Shown here one piece after another: positions 8,024 through 18,742 of a stretch of DNA of 59,558 bases. The DNA is taken from assembly GCA_049644665.1 (NCBI GenBank), contig JBARSI010000045.1, forward strand, positions 1 through 59,558, written 5' to 3'. The notes beneath the pieces were generated by a model. The model had not been told where the DNA came from, searched no databases, and saw only the letters and a list, made by a program, of their open reading frames with translations. Origin of the DNA: Anaerolineales bacterium (GTDB taxonomy: Bacteria > Chloroflexota > Anaerolineae > Anaerolineales > E44-bin32). A program made the position numbers and the translations under genes. Numbering within the stretch: position 1 is the first letter of the stretch; each line of letters opens with the position of its first letter.

Positions 8024-8725
8024 ATGAGCCGTGTCTCGAATATTTTCCGATTACAAGAGTTGGACCTCGAAATCAGCCGCTGTCACGGACGCATCGCCGA
8101 GATCGATGTTTTACTCGCGGACGACGATGAGGTCACATCGGCGCGCGCAGATTTAGAAAGCAGGGAAGAAAAATTGGCCGAAGCAAGGCTGGCGAACTCA
8201 AGCGCTGATCACGCGGTCGAATCGCAACGGGCCAAGATAGAGAATACGGAGAAAGCGCTGTACAGCGGCAGCGTTACCAATCCAAAAGAGCTTGAAGATT
8301 TGACGTTGGAATCCCAATCACTGAAACGCTATTTAGATACATTGGAGGACCGCCTGCTCGAGGCAATGGTCGCCCTCGAAGAAAACGAAATCAAGCACGA
8401 TCAAGCAAGCCAAAAATTGACTCAACTGATCGCCAGGAAGAGCGGCGAGAACGACCTTCTAGCGGCAGACCGCCTTGATCTACTCGCTACGATCGAACGC
8501 ACCGAAACTGAAAGGGATGCGGCACTCAGCAACATCAGCGCCGATGACCTGAAGATCTACGATAAATTCCGGAAGCGTTTCGACGGGGTTGCGCTGGCTT
8601 TAACCCGTGATAGCAGCTGCGGTGTTTGTGGCGTGGACCTTGCACGTTCAATAGAACAGGATATCCGCAGCGGCAACACACTGATATATTGTGAACAATG
8701 CGGTCGCATACTATACGCAGGATGA
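8024..8725 (+). CDS. Coiled-coil protein with C-terminal C4 zinc ribbon (COG1579-like)
   Basis: 233 aa. Long heptad-like region followed by CGVCGV..(x21)..CEQCGRILY. Confidence 0.7.
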   Translation: MSRVSNIFRLQELDLEISRCHGRIAEIDVLLADDDEVTSARADLESREEKLAEARLANSSADHAVESQRAKIENTEKALYSGSVTNPKELEDLTLESQSLKRYLDTLEDRLLEAMVALEENEIKHDQASQKLTQLIARKSGENDLLAADRLDLLATIERTETERDAALSNISADDLKIYDKFRKRFDGVALALTRDSSCGVCGVDLARSIEQDIRSGNTLIYCEQCGRILYAG

Positions 8726-8731
8726 CCATCT

Positions 8732-11161
8732 ATGATTACGATCATTCGCAATTTATATGTTAGATTGTTTGGCAACTATTTCGATATTGGCGAATTCATC
8801 TTCGGTATCTTGCTCGGCATTCTCGGCGCGTTGTTCTACCTCAAGCTAGAGCCAATTCGAAATGAAATCTCCGGTTGGTTCGAGGGACGTTCTCAAGAAA
8901 AGGGAAGTCGCCTGAAAAGGGTTTCGGCTGATCGATATCGAGCAGATATCATCGCTAAAGCCCAATCCATGCACGTTACCCGAGCGATCTTCTCCCTCGA
9001 GGAAATCCTCGTTCCCCCGCGGCTCCTCGCCCCTCCAATCGCACAGAGTCCAGATAGAGACGATGCTATTCCTGAAAATACACTTTCGATCTTGCCAACT
9101 TTGCCGGATTGGAATTACCTGTCTGGCATCTATCAGGCACCGACAATCAGTTTTGGACATGCCCTATCGTCAAAGACAAACATCCTCATCACTGGATGGC
9201 CAGGGGCCGGCAAAACGACTGCGCTCGCATATCTCGCCATCCGTTCCGCCATAAGAGATCCAGAAATTGGACCTGCCGCAGAGCTAACACCTGTCTTTCT
9301 GCACGCTGCAGCTCTCGTTCTCGACCGATCTTCGGAAAAAGATCCTCTCAAGCCAATCGTAACCGCCGTCCAGGAATCCGTATCCAGTGCAGCCGCCGCC
9401 CGACTCCCGGGCCAAATCCAGAGTGAATTTAAACGCGGGCGTGCCCTTCTGCTTCTCGATGGGTTGGATGAATTCACAAACACCGAAATTCCCTCTGTCT
9501 CAGCCTGGCTTAAACGCTTGGTGGAAAAATTCCCTGGGAATCTAATTGTTGCCGCTGGCCCGGCCATGTACTACGACGGGCTCGCGCAGGCGGGCTTGGT
9601 TCCCGTTCAACTTGCACCGTGGACAGCACACGATCAAAACGTATTTATGCGGAAATGGGCCGAAGCCTGGCAGACTCATATCGCCCCATTGCTGCCCAAG
9701 CGCCGTCTTGCAGATATCGATCCTGCCCTGATCTCGGGTTGGCTCACAAATACTTTCCGGGGCTGGTCTCCATTGGAAATCACGCTCCAAACCTGGGCTT
9801 CATACGTCGGCGATGTGCGCGGAGATCGCAGCATAGACAGCATGGAAGCTTACGTCGGCCGCATCCTCTCACCGGGCGAAATCAAGTCAACCATGACGAC
9901 AGCCCTCAATTGGATTCAAAGCCAGTCGGGGATCCTTTCCGAGCGCTCAATTCGCCGTGGTACACCAGTAAACAACATGGTTGAGGCGGGGATCCTCACT
10001 CGCCATGCTGGGAATCGTCTAACTTTCTCGCAGCCTAATGTCGGCGCATATCTCGCCGCTCGAGAAATTGCAGATAACGGCTCCGCTCCTGAGCCGCTTG
10101 AAATCGGCTGGTCCCCGGCAGAACTTACGCTTGGGTACCTGGCAGCGGTTGGGGATATCTCCCCCATCAGCGAGCGGTATCTACAGATCACGGATGATCC
10201 CTTGGGGCTGCCCCTCCTGGCGTTAGCTCGCTGCCTGCCACATGCGCCGAAAAAAGCAGCCTGGAAGGCGGATGTCCTGCGCCGCCTGGCCGCGCTTGTA
10301 ACCGACCCGAATCGCCCCTACGGACTTCGATTGCGTACAGTTCACGCGCTCTCAGCAGCGAAGGAAGATTCGGTCGCGGTGCTTTTCCGACGACTGCTTG
10401 AATCGGATAATCCAAGCAATCGAGTCCTTGGCGCCCTGGGTCTTGGAGGCATGCGGCACGAGGAATCAGCAAAACTTCTGCTCCAGACGATTAAAACCAA
10501 ACGCAATTTGCACTCACGCCAGGCTGCGTGCCTGGCGCTGGCCACGATAGGGACAGATGAAGCGCTCGAAGGTCTGGGGCATATCTTACTTGAGAGCGAC
10601 GAGGGCGTGCTAATCGCCGCTGCAGAAGCCCTGGCGTGCAACCCAGACGAAGGGTATGCCATGCTGCGTGACGCGATGGAGATGGAAAACCTGCTCACAC
10701 GCCGCGCTGCAGCTTTTGGCTTGGCCAGGGTTCCAGAAGCCTGGGCGATTGAGATACTCGAATCAGTTCATCTGGATGATGACCAGTGGGTCGTAAGAGG
10801 CGCTGCCGCCGAGCTCTTGGAGCAGCACCGTAACCCTCCTTGGAAAATCCTGCCCCCGATCGATGATTTATCCTCCCTGCCCTGGCTGCAAGCCTTCGCC
10901 GAGAAAGAAGGATTAGCGGTCGCTCCTGGTAGGGCCGCGCTGGAGATGGTCCGTAGAGCATTGAATAAGGGCACCGAGGATGAGCAGATCGCGGCTCTCG
11001 AAGCGATCATCTGGGCAGGCGGAGAAGAGCTGGCAATGGAACTCTTTCAGGCATTGAACTCCCCTGAACCTCATTTAAGAGACGCGGCGTACGAAGCCCT
11101 GTGGCAGCTCAGGGCATCAGGCATAGATATTCGCTCCCAAGCGCCGTCCAGATCTTCCTGA
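8732..11161 (+). CDS. Membrane-anchored NACHT-family STAND NTPase with C-terminal HEAT repeats
   Basis: 809 aa, 6 nt after the Zn-ribbon gene. TM helix FIFGILLGILGALFYL. Walker A GWPGAGKTT. NACHT-type Walker B LLLLDGLDEF. HEAT/PBS-lyase-like repeats (RVLGALGLGG.., RQAACLALATIGTDEAL, AAAEALACN, RRAAAFGLARV, VVRGAAAELL, LRDAAYEALW). Confidence 0.75.
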   Translation: MITIIRNLYVRLFGNYFDIGEFIFGILLGILGALFYLKLEPIRNEISGWFEGRSQEKGSRLKRVSADRYRADIIAKAQSMHVTRAIFSLEEILVPPRLLAPPIAQSPDRDDAIPENTLSILPTLPDWNYLSGIYQAPTISFGHALSSKTNILITGWPGAGKTTALAYLAIRSAIRDPEIGPAAELTPVFLHAAALVLDRSSEKDPLKPIVTAVQESVSSAAAARLPGQIQSEFKRGRALLLLDGLDEFTNTEIPSVSAWLKRLVEKFPGNLIVAAGPAMYYDGLAQAGLVPVQLAPWTAHDQNVFMRKWAEAWQTHIAPLLPKRRLADIDPALISGWLTNTFRGWSPLEITLQTWASYVGDVRGDRSIDSMEAYVGRILSPGEIKSTMTTALNWIQSQSGILSERSIRRGTPVNNMVEAGILTRHAGNRLTFSQPNVGAYLAAREIADNGSAPEPLEIGWSPAELTLGYLAAVGDISPISERYLQITDDPLGLPLLALARCLPHAPKKAAWKADVLRRLAALVTDPNRPYGLRLRTVHALSAAKEDSVAVLFRRLLESDNPSNRVLGALGLGGMRHEESAKLLLQTIKTKRNLHSRQAACLALATIGTDEALEGLGHILLESDEGVLIAAAEALACNPDEGYAMLRDAMEMENLLTRRAAAFGLARVPEAWAIEILESVHLDDDQWVVRGAAAELLEQHRNPPWKILPPIDDLSSLPWLQAFAEKEGLAVAPGRAALEMVRRALNKGTEDEQIAALEAIIWAGGEELAMELFQALNSPEPHLRDAAYEALWQLRASGIDIRSQAPSRSS

Positions 11162-11188
11162 ATTAAAAATTCGCGGATTTTCCAGAAC

Positions 11189-11213
11189 GGGGCTGACCTT
11201 TTTGGTCAGCCCC
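11189..11213. terminator. Bidirectional hairpin terminator between convergent genes
   Basis: Perfect 10-bp stem GGGGCTGACC-TTTTT-GGTCAGCCCC, flanked by A/T runs. Confidence 0.75.
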
Positions 11214-11249
11214 AAAATCTCATAGTCTTATGTGCACTCGTTCTTTCTG

Positions 11250-11588
11250 TTATTTCTTGCTCGTCCGGTCGAGGTTCGCTTTGATTTGTTCCTCAACCTT
11301 ATCGGCTGAGATCCCGTCGATCGATATAATCTTATCCAGACCGCGTTCACCGGCAACGATTTCGATCTTGTTTTTTCGAATCCCCAGCGCCTTTGCCAAG
11401 AAGGCAATAACCGCGCGATTCGCCTTTCCTTCCACCGGCGGAGCTGCAACACGGATCCGCACCGTACCATCCTCCAGGATGCCCCCAAATTCAGTCTTTC
11501 GGGCCCGCGGAGTCACACGAACTGTAAGCGCAGCCCCCCGTTTCCCATTATGGAGCTTAAATTCCCTGTGTTTTGTTCGTTGATTCAA
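11250..11588 (-). CDS. DUF167 (YggU) family protein
   Basis: 112 aa. LTVRVTPRARKTEF..VRIRVAAPPVEGKAN..IAFLAK. 4-nt overlap with yggT. Confidence 0.8.
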   Translation of the reverse strand: MNQRTKHREFKLHNGKRGAALTVRVTPRARKTEFGGILEDGTVRIRVAAPPVEGKANRAVIAFLAKALGIRKNKIEIVAGERGLDKIISIDGISADKVEEQIKANLDRTSKK

Positions 11589-11836
11589 ACAAGTATCCCC
11601 ACTAACACACTGCGGATCAGCTCAACCAGAAAAAACAACACCAAGGGGCTGAAATCCAGGCCTCCAATTGGAGGTAATAACTTGCGTATTGGCGCGAGAA
11701 ATGGTTGAACAATTGAATCCAGGAATTGGCGAATTGGGTGAAATACATCCAAAAAATATCCGACCAGCACATCCACCAGGATGATAAATGTGAACGCTCT
11801 TAAGATGATTTCGATTGCATTCGCAAGACTCGTCAA
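11585..11836 (-). CDS. yggT: YggT family membrane protein
   Basis: 83 aa with two TM helices. PIRQFL..PFLAPIRKLLPPIGGLDFSPLV. Confidence 0.8.
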   Translation of the reverse strand: MTSLANAIEIILRAFTFIILVDVLVGYFLDVFHPIRQFLDSIVQPFLAPIRKLLPPIGGLDFSPLVLFFLVELIRSVLVGILV

Positions 11837-11999
11837 GAGTACTCCTTTAGATTAATTTATGTATAGGTGACCTTCACGCAACTGCTCAGGCCCCTTACTG
11901 CATAGTCATTCTGAGGAGCTGCCTATTCAATAATCACATGCTGGCACTCTCAACGCCAATTCGTGATTCTCCTCCAGGGACAATTTTACCGCAACTCTA

Positions 12000-12728
12000 T
12001 CAGGCGTCAGTGTGGTGTTGTCCGAAGATCGCCCTCCCTACACGCACGATCGTCGCCCCTTCTTCAATCGCGATCTCGTAATCATCCGTCATACCCATCG
12101 AGAGCTCCGGCAAGTTCGTCAAGAGCTTCTCCTCCAGGAAATCCCGGAAGATCCGCAAACCTTGAAATGTGGAACGAAGAACCGCTGTGTCCGCCGCCCA
12201 GGGCGCCATTGTCATCAACCCTCGCACATCCAGATTCTCAAGCTCATGGACCATCTGGATATCCTCGACTTCGCCCGGCCAATTATCCTTCTGCCACACC
12301 GACCAGCCGCTCTTCGACGCTTCCCCTGACGTGTTGCACTCGAGTAAAACAGGTAAGATCCGCCCAGAATCCGAGGCGAATCGATCGAGCTTTTGTGCGA
12401 TTTTCACACGGTCTATGGAATGAACCATGAAGAAATGCGGCACTACGTCTTTCGCTTTTCGGCTCTGGATGTGCCCCACCATGTGCCAGCGGATCTCGCT
12501 CAATTCGGTGAGTTCGACCTGTTTCTCACGTGCTTCTAAAACGCGGTTCTCACCAAAATCTCTGTGCCCAGCCTGGTATGCAGCACGCACGCTTGACGCC
12601 GGCTGCCCCTTGCAGATGGCGACCAACTCGACGGCTCCAGCCTCTCTCCCGCTTCTGGTTAAAGCTGCGGATATCCGCTTTTTCACAAGGCGCAGATTCG
12701 CATCAATTTGCTGTTCCACTTTGTTCAT
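12000..12728 (-). CDS. yggS: YggS-family pyridoxal-phosphate homeostasis protein
   Basis: 242 aa. LVAICKG, FGENRV, WHMVGHIQSRK, SMGMTDDYEIAIEEGATIVRVGRAIFG. Confidence 0.9.
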   Translation of the reverse strand: MNKVEQQIDANLRLVKKRISAALTRSGREAGAVELVAICKGQPASSVRAAYQAGHRDFGENRVLEAREKQVELTELSEIRWHMVGHIQSRKAKDVVPHFFMVHSIDRVKIAQKLDRFASDSGRILPVLLECNTSGEASKSGWSVWQKDNWPGEVEDIQMVHELENLDVRGLMTMAPWAADTAVLRSTFQGLRIFRDFLEEKLLTNLPELSMGMTDDYEIAIEEGATIVRVGRAIFGQHHTDA

Positions 12729-12746
12729 CTCACTTGCGATTCGGGG

Positions 12747-13529
12747 TCATTCGCTTAACGCGATCGCAGCCCCAAACCGTCCCGTTTGCCCATCCTCACT
12801 GCGATGCGAGTACCAATCATTAACATGACAAGCTGTGCAGATCCGGGCTGCTTCGATGTGAACCACCCCCTGCCCCTGCAACAATGCCTCATTTGCACTC
12901 CAGAGATCCAGAAATGTTTTCCCGTCCCGGTGAATGAGATGGCGAGAGGCTTCCCGCCCGAAGCACGCCTTAAACTGTTCGACGACGTCCTCTCCCACTG
13001 CGTAATGATCCGGTCCAATCGAAGGGCCCAAACCGGCTAAAATGTCATTGGGATCAGATTGGTAGGTTTGCACCATCGCCTGGATGGCAAATTCCGCTGC
13101 CCGGCGTACCGTTCCCAGCCAGCCTGCATGGGCAATCCCAATCGCTCTTCGGCGGGGATCGTAAAGAAGAATGGGCACACAGTCAGCAAAGCGCATCAGG
13201 AGCGTCACTTTTGGGTCATCGGCAAGAATGATATCTCCCTTTGTATGAGGGCGATCGTTGCGTGGTCCATCGGCAACGACCACATCAGCAGAATGAACCT
13301 GCCAGACATCGAAAACCGAATTGACTGGACGGTCTAGGGCGGAAAATAGCCGCTTGTGATTCTCTGCCACTCTGTCAGGGTCATCACCAACAGTGCCACC
13401 GAGGTTGAGCGAACGCCAGGGGTCGGGACTCAAACCACCCTGACGCGTGAAAACACCATGGACTAAATTCGGCAGCAATAGTGACTTAAATTGGGTATAA
13501 ACAAGGGATCCAGTTTGTGTGCGAACCAT
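12747..13529 (-). CDS. pgeF: Peptidoglycan editing factor PgeF (YfiH/DUF152, laccase-domain protein)
   Basis: 260 aa. QVHSADVV, FADCVPILLYDP, IAHAGWLGT, CTACH. Confidence 0.85.
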   Translation of the reverse strand: MVRTQTGSLVYTQFKSLLLPNLVHGVFTRQGGLSPDPWRSLNLGGTVGDDPDRVAENHKRLFSALDRPVNSVFDVWQVHSADVVVADGPRNDRPHTKGDIILADDPKVTLLMRFADCVPILLYDPRRRAIGIAHAGWLGTVRRAAEFAIQAMVQTYQSDPNDILAGLGPSIGPDHYAVGEDVVEQFKACFGREASRHLIHRDGKTFLDLWSANEALLQGQGVVHIEAARICTACHVNDWYSHRSEDGQTGRFGAAIALSE

Positions 13530-13628
13530 TGTCAGAGTCTACCATGGCAAGCAGAAAGACATGGGCAGGCTGTTTGTCTTCCGGAATCCCCTCTGCAGTT
13601 CTTCAAGGATTCTTTGATGGTTCGCCGA

Positions 13629-14585
13629 TCAGTTGATCTCACCCGCGGCAGCAAGTTTTACCACTACCAGGGTTTGGGTTTCGACCATGATTTCCTCTAT
13701 ATATGGATACGCCATCCATACATTCGCCACACCGAAAAGCATCCCCGTGAGTGAACGGAGGAAGGGCGTACTCTCGCGAACGGGGAATGACACAAGAGGT
13801 AGAGATGAAAGCAATTGGGAACCTCCATCCAGTGCAAGCGGGATGATGCCGATGATGAACCAGGCCCAGATCGGCAGTGGTTTTAGCCTGTGCCGGAGGA
13901 AGGTGAAAGCCACACCCGCCAGGAAGATGCTCCCATAGATGGCTACATCACGCTGGCAGAGAGCGACCTTATAGCCCACTCTCTCGTTGCCGATGAAGGC
14001 TCGATCTCGAAGCAAATCCACGGAGCTGACACCCGCTATTTCTTCATAGCTCGTCACCTCCAAACCCGCTATCTCCAATGGATAAACGGGCTGCTCCCCT
14101 AAGAGAAACCATGAGCGGAAAGGAAGCTGGTGGCATAAAGGGCCATAGATCTTGTAAATCACACGAGCAGGAGTTGTCATACCAGCTTTTAGTAAATATG
14201 GCGTAGTGAAAGGTAGACCGATGTAAAGGAGAACAATAAGATTGAAGATGGCAAGCCAATGGCGGGAGAAGAAAAGGAGTGCTTTATTCATCTTGACCGC
14301 CTGCCCTCTCGAAACGGACGTAGAAGTCTCTTCGCTTGCATGTCCTTCTGCAGCCGCGTTTAGCGCGACTTTCAAATCGATCTCAGTGATGGGCGCCTTG
14401 AGGGTGTATGGCCCAATCTGGACAACCGGAACACACTCAAGATAGCGTTTACGAAGTGCAGGATCTTCATCGATATCCACCTCTCGAAGTGTGTGCGGCA
14501 CTTCCTTCTCGAGAGAGAGAAGGTAGGATTTCACCTCATCACAGAGGCTGCAATCTTCCTTGGTAAAAAGTGTCACACGTATCAT
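13629..14585 (-). CDS. Glutaredoxin-like domain fused to a DUF2085 membrane domain
   Basis: 318 aa. N-terminal LFTKEDCSLCDEV..VPVVQIG (Grx-2-like), then the GPLCHQLPFRSW motif and 5-6 TM helices. Confidence 0.7.
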   Translation of the reverse strand: MIRVTLFTKEDCSLCDEVKSYLLSLEKEVPHTLREVDIDEDPALRKRYLECVPVVQIGPYTLKAPITEIDLKVALNAAAEGHASEETSTSVSRGQAVKMNKALLFFSRHWLAIFNLIVLLYIGLPFTTPYLLKAGMTTPARVIYKIYGPLCHQLPFRSWFLLGEQPVYPLEIAGLEVTSYEEIAGVSSVDLLRDRAFIGNERVGYKVALCQRDVAIYGSIFLAGVAFTFLRHRLKPLPIWAWFIIGIIPLALDGGSQLLSSLPLVSFPVRESTPFLRSLTGMLFGVANVWMAYPYIEEIMVETQTLVVVKLAAAGEIN

Positions 14586-15199
14586 AGAGAATACCCAAGA
14601 TCTAGCAGATAATTGCGCAGTTGTCCCTCGGTTATAAGTCCTATATGGACTACATGAACTTCACCCTCGGGATCAACGAAGATGCTTGAGGGATAGCCAC
14701 GGATTCGATATAGGCGTTGAACACTGCCGCCAGGATCGAGAAGGAGAGGAAAGGATAAGCCGAGCTCATCACGGAAAGCACGTACATCCTCTTCGGGTTC
14801 GTCGAAATTTACGCCCAGAACGATTAAACCATCATCTTTTAACTCTTGATAGCGCCCTTCAAATTCTGGCATCTCCAAACGGCACGGGCCGCACCACGTC
14901 GCCCAAAAGGTCAGGAGCACCGTTCTTCCGCGGTAGTCGCTCAAACGGACATCATTTCCCTCCAGATCGCGCAATGCGAAATCTGGAGCCTGCGCACCGA
15001 CTTCTGGCGCAATTTTACTCACCGCCGTTCCTATTGTTTTGGGTGGGGTTGCCCCCGGCGAGGCAGTCGATAGAACACCAATGCTGGGCTCGGATGCTGC
15101 ACTTGGGAAGCCGAGAAAAAAAACTAATGCAAAAGCGATCCCAATGAGAAGACCCACCAGGAGGTATGCAGCAATGCGAGTGGAAGATCCTGAATTCAT
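14582..15199 (-). CDS. TlpA/ResA-like membrane-anchored thiol-disulfide oxidoreductase
   Basis: FWATWCGPCRLEMPEF. The start is set to the internal ATG at 15199 (MNSGSS..) because the longer ORF (to 15289) would overlap ccdA by 83 nt. Confidence 0.8.
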   Translation of the reverse strand: MNSGSSTRIAAYLLVGLLIGIAFALVFFLGFPSAASEPSIGVLSTASPGATPPKTIGTAVSKIAPEVGAQAPDFALRDLEGNDVRLSDYRGRTVLLTFWATWCGPCRLEMPEFEGRYQELKDDGLIVLGVNFDEPEEDVRAFRDELGLSFPLLLDPGGSVQRLYRIRGYPSSIFVDPEGEVHVVHIGLITEGQLRNYLLDLGYSL

Positions 15200-15206
15200 G
15201 CAGTTC

Positions 15207-15944
15207 CTAAAGGCCGAAGTCGACGAAGAATCCGAATCGTGCAAGCTGCTCAAGCTTGCCGCTGAGCAGTAACACACCAACAATGACAAGAATGACTCCG
15301 GTGATGATGGAGATGTAACGGACGACGTTGCTGTACTTACGCATGAGCTCCGCTGCTCGTCCTATCCCCAGAGCCGCCAAAAGAAAGGGGACTGCCAGGC
15401 CGACCGAATAGGCGCTAAGGAGAATGACGCCCTCCATAATTCGAGCGCTGCTTAATGCCAGCGTAAGCACGCCACCGAGGACCGGTCCAACGCATGGCGC
15501 CCAGCCGGCCGAGAAGAACACGCCCATCAGCGCTGAGGAGAGGTAACCTAAGCCAGGGTTGGGCTGCACCTGCCGCCGCGTGTCGTAGTTCAGAAAGGGG
15601 ATGTTGATCACACCCATCGTATGCAATCCAAAGATAATCACAACCACGCCACCGATGCGTGCCATCCAGGTTCGTAAGTCATATAGTATGGCGCCGATCG
15701 CCGATGCCGCCGCACCAAGCACGACAAATACGACGCTGAACCCAAGGACGAAAGCCACCCCATGCGAGAAGGTATTCCACCGGTTTGAGACAACATCACC
15801 CGAGGAAGATACCGACCGACCGCCGAGATAGCCGATATAGGCCGGTACGAGTGCGAGAACGCAGGGTGATAAAAATGAAAGCAATCCTGCAAGAGCCGAG
15901 ATGCCAACCCAGTATGGGCTTAAAGTAAGGCCGCTGAAATCCAT
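15207..15944 (-). CDS. ccdA: Cytochrome c biogenesis/thiol-reductant transporter CcdA (DsbD TM-domain family)
   Basis: 245 aa with 6 TM helices. LSPCVLALVPAYIGYLGG and GWAPCVGPVLG motifs. Confidence 0.85.
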   Translation of the reverse strand: MDFSGLTLSPYWVGISALAGLLSFLSPCVLALVPAYIGYLGGRSVSSSGDVVSNRWNTFSHGVAFVLGFSVVFVVLGAAASAIGAILYDLRTWMARIGGVVVIIFGLHTMGVINIPFLNYDTRRQVQPNPGLGYLSSALMGVFFSAGWAPCVGPVLGGVLTLALSSARIMEGVILLSAYSVGLAVPFLLAALGIGRAAELMRKYSNVVRYISIITGVILVIVGVLLLSGKLEQLARFGFFVDFGL

Positions 15945-16051
15945 CGAATCTCTTTTTCCTCCGTCACGATCTCTTTATGTTCGTATCATCACATTTTGAA
16001 TGTGTGAAGCATACCGCCTTCGCCCCCAACGATCAAGGTGGCAAACTTGCA

Positions 16052-18538
16052 TCATTCTCGCCCGGGTGAAGAAGAAGACCGGGTGAGCTTCAAACCTCTC
16101 AACCTCAGGCTGTTTGTCACAACGAAGATTGAACTGAAAGCCATAGCTCCAGCGGCAAACATGGGATTTAGGAACCCCAGTGCTGCGCTGGGAATAAGGA
16201 GTACATTGTAAATCAACGCCCAGAATAAGTTTTGTTTGATGGTCCGCAGGGTGGTGCGAGATAGGGTGATTGCTCGCGGAACGCCGCGCAGATCCCCGCT
16301 TAGAAGCGTGATATGAGCAGCCGCGATCGCCACATCCGTACCGGTTCCAATAGCAATCCCCACGTCCGCCTGTGCTAACGCCGGAGCGTCATTGATCCCA
16401 TCACCAACCATGGCAACAACCTTCCCCTGGCTCTCAAGATCTTTAACCACTTCCGCCTTTTCTCCCGGAAGCACCTGCGCACGGATGAGACTTTTCCCCT
16501 GGTGATCTTGCGAGTGGATGCCGACCAGAGATGCGATTGCTTGGGCTGTCAGGAGGTTATCCCCCGTTATCATGGCGACCTCCAGCCCCATGCTGTGAAG
16601 ATCTTCGATCGCTTCAACCGAACCCTCTTTCACCGTATCGGCGATGCCAAGAATGCCAGCGGGTTCACCATCGATGGCAACGGCAACAACTGTCTTCGCC
16701 TGCGACTGCAAGCGCTCTATCTCCCCCTGGAGTTCATCGATCGCCATTCCACGTTCAACAAAAAGCCTCGGCGAACCGACGATAACTTCTCGCTCTCCAA
16801 CACTGGCGACAATGCCATGACCAGCGATAGCTTTGAATCCGTCCAGATCCTCTAAGGGAATGTCCTTGTCTGCAGCCGCTTCGACGACCGCCTCACCCAA
16901 AGGGTGTTCGGATCCACGCTCAGCACTTGCGGCGAGCTTGAGAAAATCTCTCTCACTCCCCTCCCATCCATTCATGATGATATCGGTAACCGCAGGCTGG
17001 CCGCGAGTGATTGTACCCGTCTTATCCAGAATGACTGTCGTTAAACTCCCCGCCCGCTCAAGCGCCGCGCTGGACTTGAATAAAATCCCCATTTTGGCGC
17101 CTACTCCGGTCCCGACCATCACTGCTGTCGGTGTAGCCAGGCCCATGGCGCAAGGGCAGGCAATGACCAGAACTGCCACCGTATTAATCAACGCGCGGGT
17201 AAAGATTGAAAGTTCATCCGTTGGAGGGGAAGCAAGGTAATACCAGGCTAAAAAAGTAATTGCGGCGATCCCTATCACAACCGGAACGAAGACCGACGAG
17301 ACCTGGTCTGCCATGCGTTGAATCGGCGCTTTGCTTCCCTGCGCTTCCTCAACCAGGCGGATGATCTGCGCCAGGGCTGTATCCTTTCCGATTTTTAATG
17401 CTTCGAACTTGATCCGACCCAGCTTATTCATCGTAGCCCCGACGACTTTATCTCCAGGTCTTTTCCCTACCGGTAGAGACTCGCCGGTGAGCATCGACTC
17501 ATCGACCGATGATTTGCCCTCGATCACAACGCCATCAACAGGGAACTTGTCTCCGGGGCGAACGATGACGATATCCCCCACTTCGACTTCTTCAATGGGT
17601 ATGTCGATCTCCTGCTCATCTCGGACAATGCGCGCCGTCTTTGCCTGAAGACCAAGCAGGGTTCTAATCGCTTCGCTCGTTCTGCCCTTCGCCCGCGCCT
17701 CCAGGAACTTCCCCAGGACGATCAATGTGACAATAACCGCCGAAGTTTCAAAGTATACGTGCCCATCGATTTGGCCGAGCATTACCGGGATAGAGTAGAA
17801 GTATGCAGCCGACGAGCCCATGGCTATCAGCACATCCATGTTGGCAGCCTTGTTACGCAGCGCTTTATAGGCTCCATCGTAGTATTGCCAGCCCACGTAG
17901 AATTGAACTGGTGTTGCCAGAGTGAACATCAGCCACGGGATCCAGTGTGCATCAGCGAGACCTGCGGGCAAAAATCCAAAATCCCTGGACATTGAAAGTA
18001 AGAACAAGGGGATAGTGAAAATCAGCCCCACCGTGAGCAATCGCTGCTGGTGATTGATTTCCTTCTCCCTGGCCGCACGCTCGACATCCTCAACTCGGTC
18101 GGTTGTCTTTAGTGCTTCAAACCCCGTGTTTTGAATGACTTTTCGGAGTTCGGACTGGCTGACAATTGTTGGAACATATTGGACACGTACACGCTCTGAA
18201 GCCAGATTCGTCGAAGCGCCGACAACACCTTCGGATTCAAGCAGGGCTTCCTCCAGCCGGCGCGCATCGTTCCCGTCACTCAAACGTTTCAGAACGAAAT
18301 CTGCTTCACCAAGAGCGATGTCATATCCGGTTCGCCTGATTCGGGTGATAATGTCATTTTGATCCACCTGGGTGGGATCGAATTCCACATTCGCCCGCTC
18401 AGAAGCCAGATTGACATTCGCAGATTCGACCCCGTCGAGTTTCCTAAGGTTGCGTTCGACCGCGGCGACGCAGTTGGCGCATGTCATCCCAGTAATCGGC
18501 AGTATGAGAGCCTTCTTGGCTACTTCCACGATACTCAT
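16052..18538 (-). CDS. copA: Copper-translocating P1B-type ATPase
   Basis: 828 aa. HMA domain GMTCANC plus a second degenerate [30 protein letters not shown]. Confidence 0.95.
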   Translation of the reverse strand: MSIVEVAKKALILPITGMTCANCVAAVERNLRKLDGVESANVNLASERANVEFDPTQVDQNDIITRIRRTGYDIALGEADFVLKRLSDGNDARRLEEALLESEGVVGASTNLASERVRVQYVPTIVSQSELRKVIQNTGFEALKTTDRVEDVERAAREKEINHQQRLLTVGLIFTIPLFLLSMSRDFGFLPAGLADAHWIPWLMFTLATPVQFYVGWQYYDGAYKALRNKAANMDVLIAMGSSAAYFYSIPVMLGQIDGHVYFETSAVIVTLIVLGKFLEARAKGRTSEAIRTLLGLQAKTARIVRDEQEIDIPIEEVEVGDIVIVRPGDKFPVDGVVIEGKSSVDESMLTGESLPVGKRPGDKVVGATMNKLGRIKFEALKIGKDTALAQIIRLVEEAQGSKAPIQRMADQVSSVFVPVVIGIAAITFLAWYYLASPPTDELSIFTRALINTVAVLVIACPCAMGLATPTAVMVGTGVGAKMGILFKSSAALERAGSLTTVILDKTGTITRGQPAVTDIIMNGWEGSERDFLKLAASAERGSEHPLGEAVVEAAADKDIPLEDLDGFKAIAGHGIVASVGEREVIVGSPRLFVERGMAIDELQGEIERLQSQAKTVVAVAIDGEPAGILGIADTVKEGSVEAIEDLHSMGLEVAMITGDNLLTAQAIASLVGIHSQDHQGKSLIRAQVLPGEKAEVVKDLESQGKVVAMVGDGINDAPALAQADVGIAIGTGTDVAIAAAHITLLSGDLRGVPRAITLSRTTLRTIKQNLFWALIYNVLLIPSAALGFLNPMFAAGAMAFSSIFVVTNSLRLRGLKLTRSSSSPGRE

Positions 18539-18742
18539 GACCTCGTCTTCGTCTTACCTAAGATCGATCACTGATCAGTCATCATAGAATTGATTGATCT
18601 ATCGATCGCGACGTTCCCCGAGGAGGAAAAACAGATTGGCTGCTGTTTGACAGGAAGAGCAGCTATGTACCTTCCTAGATATCAACCCACTGCTCTTCGA
18701 GACTCACTGCCTCGAATCCATCCAACCCCGAGGGGTTGCTCG

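Noticed and set aside
9133-10698. Several long antisense or alternate-frame ORFs inside the NACHT gene; similar cases lie at 7195-7695, 11963-12828, 19696-20199, 29972-30670, 34384-35001 and 35961-36419
   Set aside because: Their compositions are Arg/Pro/Ser/Ala-rich, typical of shadow frames of GC-rich genes. Each is fully embedded in a well-supported gene on the other strand or frame.
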